Shown here one piece after another: positions 60,219 through 64,000 of a stretch of DNA of 64,000 bases. The stretch lies in the IMG/VR virus record IMGVR_UViG_3300025030_000046, positions 75,240 to 139,239 of that record; one strand, 5' to 3'. The stretch is from a virus. Below the pieces are notes generated by a model that did no database searches, was not told the DNA's origin, and worked only from the letters and a program-made list of their open reading frames with translations. The number at the start of each line of letters is the position of its first letter. Within the stretch, counting starts at the first letter, position 1. Both the position numbers and the translations under genes were made by a program.

Positions 60219-63200
60219 ATGTCATATTTACCTAATAATAGAGAATTTAGAGATCCAACAGTGTTTGATGTTAGAGATTTTGCTGTACAAAGAATAGATA
60301 TAAACAAGAAAATAATAAATAACCGAATCCCTTTAGAGGAAAAACCAGATTTTATACATCACGTTCAGATAAGTGGGTATACAGAAATATTTGACGCCAG
60401 CACACCTACGGCGACTCAATTTAAATGTGATTATACTAACGATTATCTGACTTTTAATCCAATTAAAGAAGGAACGGTAATACCTACTATTAGTTATTGG
60501 GGGCTTGGGAATATACTCGTTAGCGCAGATAAAATATATGTGCATAATGATAATCCTAATGCTGTTGATACATTGCAAGATATAATTGATGAAGGCAATA
60601 CTGCTATAATTAATCTTGGTCAAATAAATACGGCAATTGATAATGCAAATATAGCAACAGAAAATGCTAATACTGCTGCTACAAATACAAACAATGTCGC
60701 TACATCTTTTAATAGCGCAGAAACATCACGAGTAGAAGCAGAAAATTCCAGAGTCAACACAGAAAGTTCTAGAGTAACTACTGAGAATACTAGAGTATCA
60801 CACGAAGCTACAAGAGTCACAGACGAAACGAATAGAGAAACAAATGAAACCACAAGACAAAGCCAAGAAAGCGCAAGAGTAACGGCTGAAGGAACTAGAG
60901 GAACTAATGAAACTTCCAGAATATCTGCGGAAAGTGATAGAGTTACGTCTGAAACTGCCAGAGGTGCTAACGAAACTACGAGACAAACACAAGAATCGGC
61001 AAGACAGGTTGCTATTAGTAAATTAGAAGCCAAAGGTGATTATTCAGCAGGCACTCAATACTATAAAAATAACATGGTTAAATATTCTGACGGCTGTGGG
61101 TATGTGTGTATATTAGACTCTTTGGGTAACGCACCTACTAATCTTATTTATTGGAAAAAAATTGTTGAAAAAGGTACAGATGGAGCAGGTGGAGATGTAT
61201 TTTTAAATAGTGAGCAGACATTAACTAACAAGACAATGAGTGGTGTCAATAATATATTTTCTAATATATCACCCGACAGTATAGTTCAAGATGCTAATAA
61301 TAGATTTGTAAACGATAGTGAAAAAATAACATGGAATGAAAAAATTGATTCATCATCGCTCACAAAATCAAACGTAGGCTTATCAAACGTAGACAACTAT
61401 ACAACAGCCACACAATCTGAAGCAGAATCCGCAACATCAAATACAACATTCATGACTCCCCTACGCACAAAGCAACAAATAGAAAGCGCCACAATAAACA
61501 CAATTTCACCAACACTAGGAGCTAACACAGTAATTCATTCTGGCAGCAGTCCAGTATATCCTAAGATAGCATTAACTGGTATGGATGAAATCAATATACT
61601 TGGTAAAGATGGTGATTGTGAAAATGTGAGTAAGTTTGCTGGAGTAAGTGCAACATTAGCGTTGGATTCAACAAACAAACAATTTGGCGTAAATTCAGTT
61701 CAGGTTACTGGTACTTCGAGTGTTTTCGCTGTGCAAACCACATCGATATACCCTGTCGATGCAACTAAATACTATATGGTGTCTGGATATATTAAAAATG
61801 TAAGTGTTTTAACCTCTATAAACTTATTGGCATTAAAAGGTTCAACTGGAGCGCAAATAGGAGCTGGTTCAACCTCTTCTGTTGATACAACTAAATTTAT
61901 AAGAGTAGCTAAATTACTTCAACCATCCGACTTAACTGGCGAAACAGGAATCTATGCTGATTTTTATGCTACAAGTACATCTACTGGGCATAAGTTTAAT
62001 ATTGACGGTATGCAAATAACACAAATTACATCTGCTGATTATAGTTCTGGAGTATCAGCCTGTCTTGCAAAATACCCATACGTTGAATCCTACGCAACAT
62101 TACAAAATCCAATGTTTGAGAATCGCAGAGATAACATAGTTATTAATGGAAATGGAGAATTAGGATCTGGATATTATCAAAAAACACATTCGGACGTATT
62201 TATAGATTGGGATGCTACAGAACAGGCGTTCAAAATTTCTTCTTCTGGTGCTAATTTATACAATCGCTTTATATACCAAACATTTAAAGTGAAGCAGAAT
62301 ACAAATTATACAGTATCGTGTAGAGCAAAAAATGGGAATATAAAATTATATGGATTTGATGTGTTTGATAGTACACAAACAGTTTCGTTGGGTTCTAATA
62401 CGGTAGTATCTCATTCAGATTATTTAACGTTAGACCAATTAATATTTAATTCTGGAGTATATAATGACATTGTTGTTAGATTTTATCCATTTTCTACTAC
62501 ATTAGCGCCTTATAGTTATGTAAAAGAGATTAGTTTAATTGAAGGTACAGCAGCACCATCCGCATACAAACCATGTGACTTAAAACGCTTCGTAGTAGAA
62601 GGACAGTTCACAAAATATGATACGTTGACAATAGAGAATGGTCAGATTGGTGGATTGTTGTGGTGGAAACATAAGACGTTATATGGCAAGGATTATGATT
62701 GGCAGTATTTAAATGATATGACTGGATTTAAAGTTATTAAACTTCCTGCATATACTATGGGGAACATAAAAACAGGGGGAAATGATGGAACTGCTTCATG
62801 TTGTGTAAAATACGATAGCAAAGTGATTAAAAATGATTGGACTTCTACAATTGCAGATACTTTCTTTTTATGGGGAAGCGATGATACTAGTAGAAGTACT
62901 ACTATTTGCGTTACTGACACCGACACAGGATGGGGAGAAACTTCTCCAGTTCCGAACGCAGATGAAGTAAAAGCGTTTATGAATGGCTGGAAGGCTACTG
63001 CAAATGATGGTACACGCTACACAGCATGGGTATCAGTAGTTGATGGAACAACAGTGCCAACAGCACAAACGATTAACTTTGTAAAAGCTAATATTGCTAC
63101 AAACTACGATGGCTACAGGCTACACTACAAACTCACCAATCCAGAGCCAATTACAGACGCAAATGTACACGTTCATGGTGATATATGGGCTATTGAAAAA

Positions 63201-63935
63201 GGTGATAATTATATTGCGGTTGATAGTGGTATTGTGTTGGGAGAAGTTGCTAATCCTGTTGTGTATGGTGCTATGACTAGAATTAACAATAGTTATTTTG
63301 GCACAGGAAACTCATCTTTCTTGAAAAACAAGGCACAAGAAATTTATAGAATTTACAAGAATAATGTGCAAGATATATCTTGGGGCATATATAACACTGG
63401 TTCAGATTCATATTTTAATGGGTTGGCTTGTGCCGACAATGCAAACGTTAATGTTGACACCAATGCAACCTACACATTAGACTATACAATATTAAATACG
63501 TTACATGCAAAATCATTTAATACTTTAATGCTATCATATGCATCAGGACTTATCGAAACGGTTAATGGACATTCTTCTATATTAGAACAAAAGCAAGATA
63601 AAAATAGTGCTTTAACTGATACAATTGATAAAGCTATATATGAAGATAAAATTTCATATTTTTCTATGTGGAGGGTAGGAAATACAACAAATGGTTATAT
63701 AGATGTATACTTTTCTTTTATCTCAGCGAAAAGAAATATACCAAAAGTAACTATTAAAACTTATTCTTTTTTTATTAATGGAAATATAGATAGTACCTTT
63801 ATTTTAGATAGTTTAGTAATTAAAACAGATATGTCGGTGCTTACTTTTAAAACTACAAATACAACTACGATAAGTAATCTTAAAACTTATGGAATTACTT
63901 CATCTGTTAGAGCAGTATTTGAGTGTAGTAATTGA
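60219..63935 (+). CDS. tail fibre/receptor-binding protein with ExxR heptad stalk and carbohydrate-binding modules
   Basis: 14 heptads (AETSRVE, AENSRVN...) at ~60718-61011; CBM-like segments. Confidence 0.8.
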   Translation: MSYLPNNREFRDPTVFDVRDFAVQRIDINKKIINNRIPLEEKPDFIHHVQISGYTEIFDASTPTATQFKCDYTNDYLTFNPIKEGTVIPTISYWGLGNILVSADKIYVHNDNPNAVDTLQDIIDEGNTAIINLGQINTAIDNANIATENANTAATNTNNVATSFNSAETSRVEAENSRVNTESSRVTTENTRVSHEATRVTDETNRETNETTRQSQESARVTAEGTRGTNETSRISAESDRVTSETARGANETTRQTQESARQVAISKLEAKGDYSAGTQYYKNNMVKYSDGCGYVCILDSLGNAPTNLIYWKKIVEKGTDGAGGDVFLNSEQTLTNKTMSGVNNIFSNISPDSIVQDANNRFVNDSEKITWNEKIDSSSLTKSNVGLSNVDNYTTATQSEAESATSNTTFMTPLRTKQQIESATINTISPTLGANTVIHSGSSPVYPKIALTGMDEINILGKDGDCENVSKFAGVSATLALDSTNKQFGVNSVQVTGTSSVFAVQTTSIYPVDATKYYMVSGYIKNVSVLTSINLLALKGSTGAQIGAGSTSSVDTTKFIRVAKLLQPSDLTGETGIYADFYATSTSTGHKFNIDGMQITQITSADYSSGVSACLAKYPYVESYATLQNPMFENRRDNIVINGNGELGSGYYQKTHSDVFIDWDATEQAFKISSSGANLYNRFIYQTFKVKQNTNYTVSCRAKNGNIKLYGFDVFDSTQTVSLGSNTVVSHSDYLTLDQLIFNSGVYNDIVVRFYPFSTTLAPYSYVKEISLIEGTAAPSAYKPCDLKRFVVEGQFTKYDTLTIENGQIGGLLWWKHKTLYGKDYDWQYLNDMTGFKVIKLPAYTMGNIKTGGNDGTASCCVKYDSKVIKNDWTSTIADTFFLWGSDDTSRSTTICVTDTDTGWGETSPVPNADEVKAFMNGWKATANDGTRYTAWVSVVDGTTVPTAQTINFVKANIATNYDGYRLHYKLTNPEPITDANVHVHGDIWAIEKGDNYIAVDSGIVLGEVANPVVYGAMTRINNSYFGTGNSSFLKNKAQEIYRIYKNNVQDISWGIYNTGSDSYFNGLACADNANVNVDTNATYTLDYTILNTLHAKSFNTLMLSYASGLIETVNGHSSILEQKQDKNSALTDTIDKAIYEDKISYFSMWRVGNTTNGYIDVYFSFISAKRNIPKVTIKTYSFFINGNIDSTFILDSLVIKTDMSVLTFKTTNTTTISNLKTYGITSSVRAVFECSN

Positions 63936-63957
63936 ATAATTTAAGATTAATATAATC

Positions 63958-63985
63958 AAAGAGCCTAGATTTCTAGGCTCTTTTT
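63958..63985 (+). terminator. rho-independent terminator
   Basis: AAAGAGCCTAG-ATTT-CTAGGCTCTTT. Confidence 0.8.
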
Positions 63986-64000
63986 ATTTGTCCAATGGAG

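Larger units (their letters stand above)
1..64000. mobile_element. Large SPbeta-like siphophage/prophage segment (Firmicutes host)
   Basis: Syntenic terminase-portal-protease-capsid-neck-tail tube-tape measure-Dit-Tal-fibre module, antirepressors and recombinases; no host core genes. Confidence 0.93.

Noticed and set aside
60718-61011. 21-bp periodic repeat as a DNA-level element or DGR variable region
   Set aside because: It encodes ExxR heptads of a fibre stalk, and no reverse transcriptase or TR/VR pair is visible in the window
22327-63276. Many short ORFs antisense to or overlapping long structural genes (e.g. 22327, 26936, 27783, 47751, 60620)
   Set aside because: Shadow ORFs without RBS, opposite well-supported genes
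1-64000. Alternative genetic code or stop-codon readthrough
   Set aside because: Long genes are intact under code 11 with normal coding density

Overview
The whole 64 kb window is a segment of a large, AT-rich, SPbeta-like siphovirus or prophage of a spore-forming Firmicute (Clostridia-like, inferred from sigmaA promoters, RBS usage and gene content). No host housekeeping genes are visible. Layout: 1-9.3 kb is a leftward accessory arm (XRE HTH, N6-adenine methyltransferase, LPD29-like protein, many small ORFs). 9.3-11 kb is a long non-coding control or terminus region. 11-14.4 kb is leftward (helicase-like, HNH-like, tyrosine recombinase, Spo0E-like). 14.5-22 kb is rightward (CoiA-like nuclease, sigma-like protein, coiled-coil protein followed by a structured RNA, metallophosphoesterase). 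22-34 kb holds terminase, portal, protease/scaffold, capsid, neck and tail tube genes. 34-41 kb holds variable carbohydrate-active virion proteins, a tyrosine recombinase and a short site-delimited cassette array that includes a tRNA-like RNA. 41-64 kb holds a third recombinase, tape measure, distal tail, a split tail endopeptidase/spike, two paralogous HTH-antirepressor cassettes, a toxin-antitoxin cluster (type I, type III CptIN, orphan MazF-like) and a tail fibre. Top candidates for undescribed systems: (1) a proteasome-beta/connectase-like Ser-Ntn domain heading the second half of an interrupted tail gene, possibly a protein ligation or trans-splicing device; (2) a coiled-coil protein paired with a ~310-nt pseudoknotted RNA carrying heptamer repeats; (3) an integron/shufflon-like tyrosine-recombinase cassette system acting on virion appendage genes. 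All calls come from reading motifs by eye; no database searches or folding programs were run.
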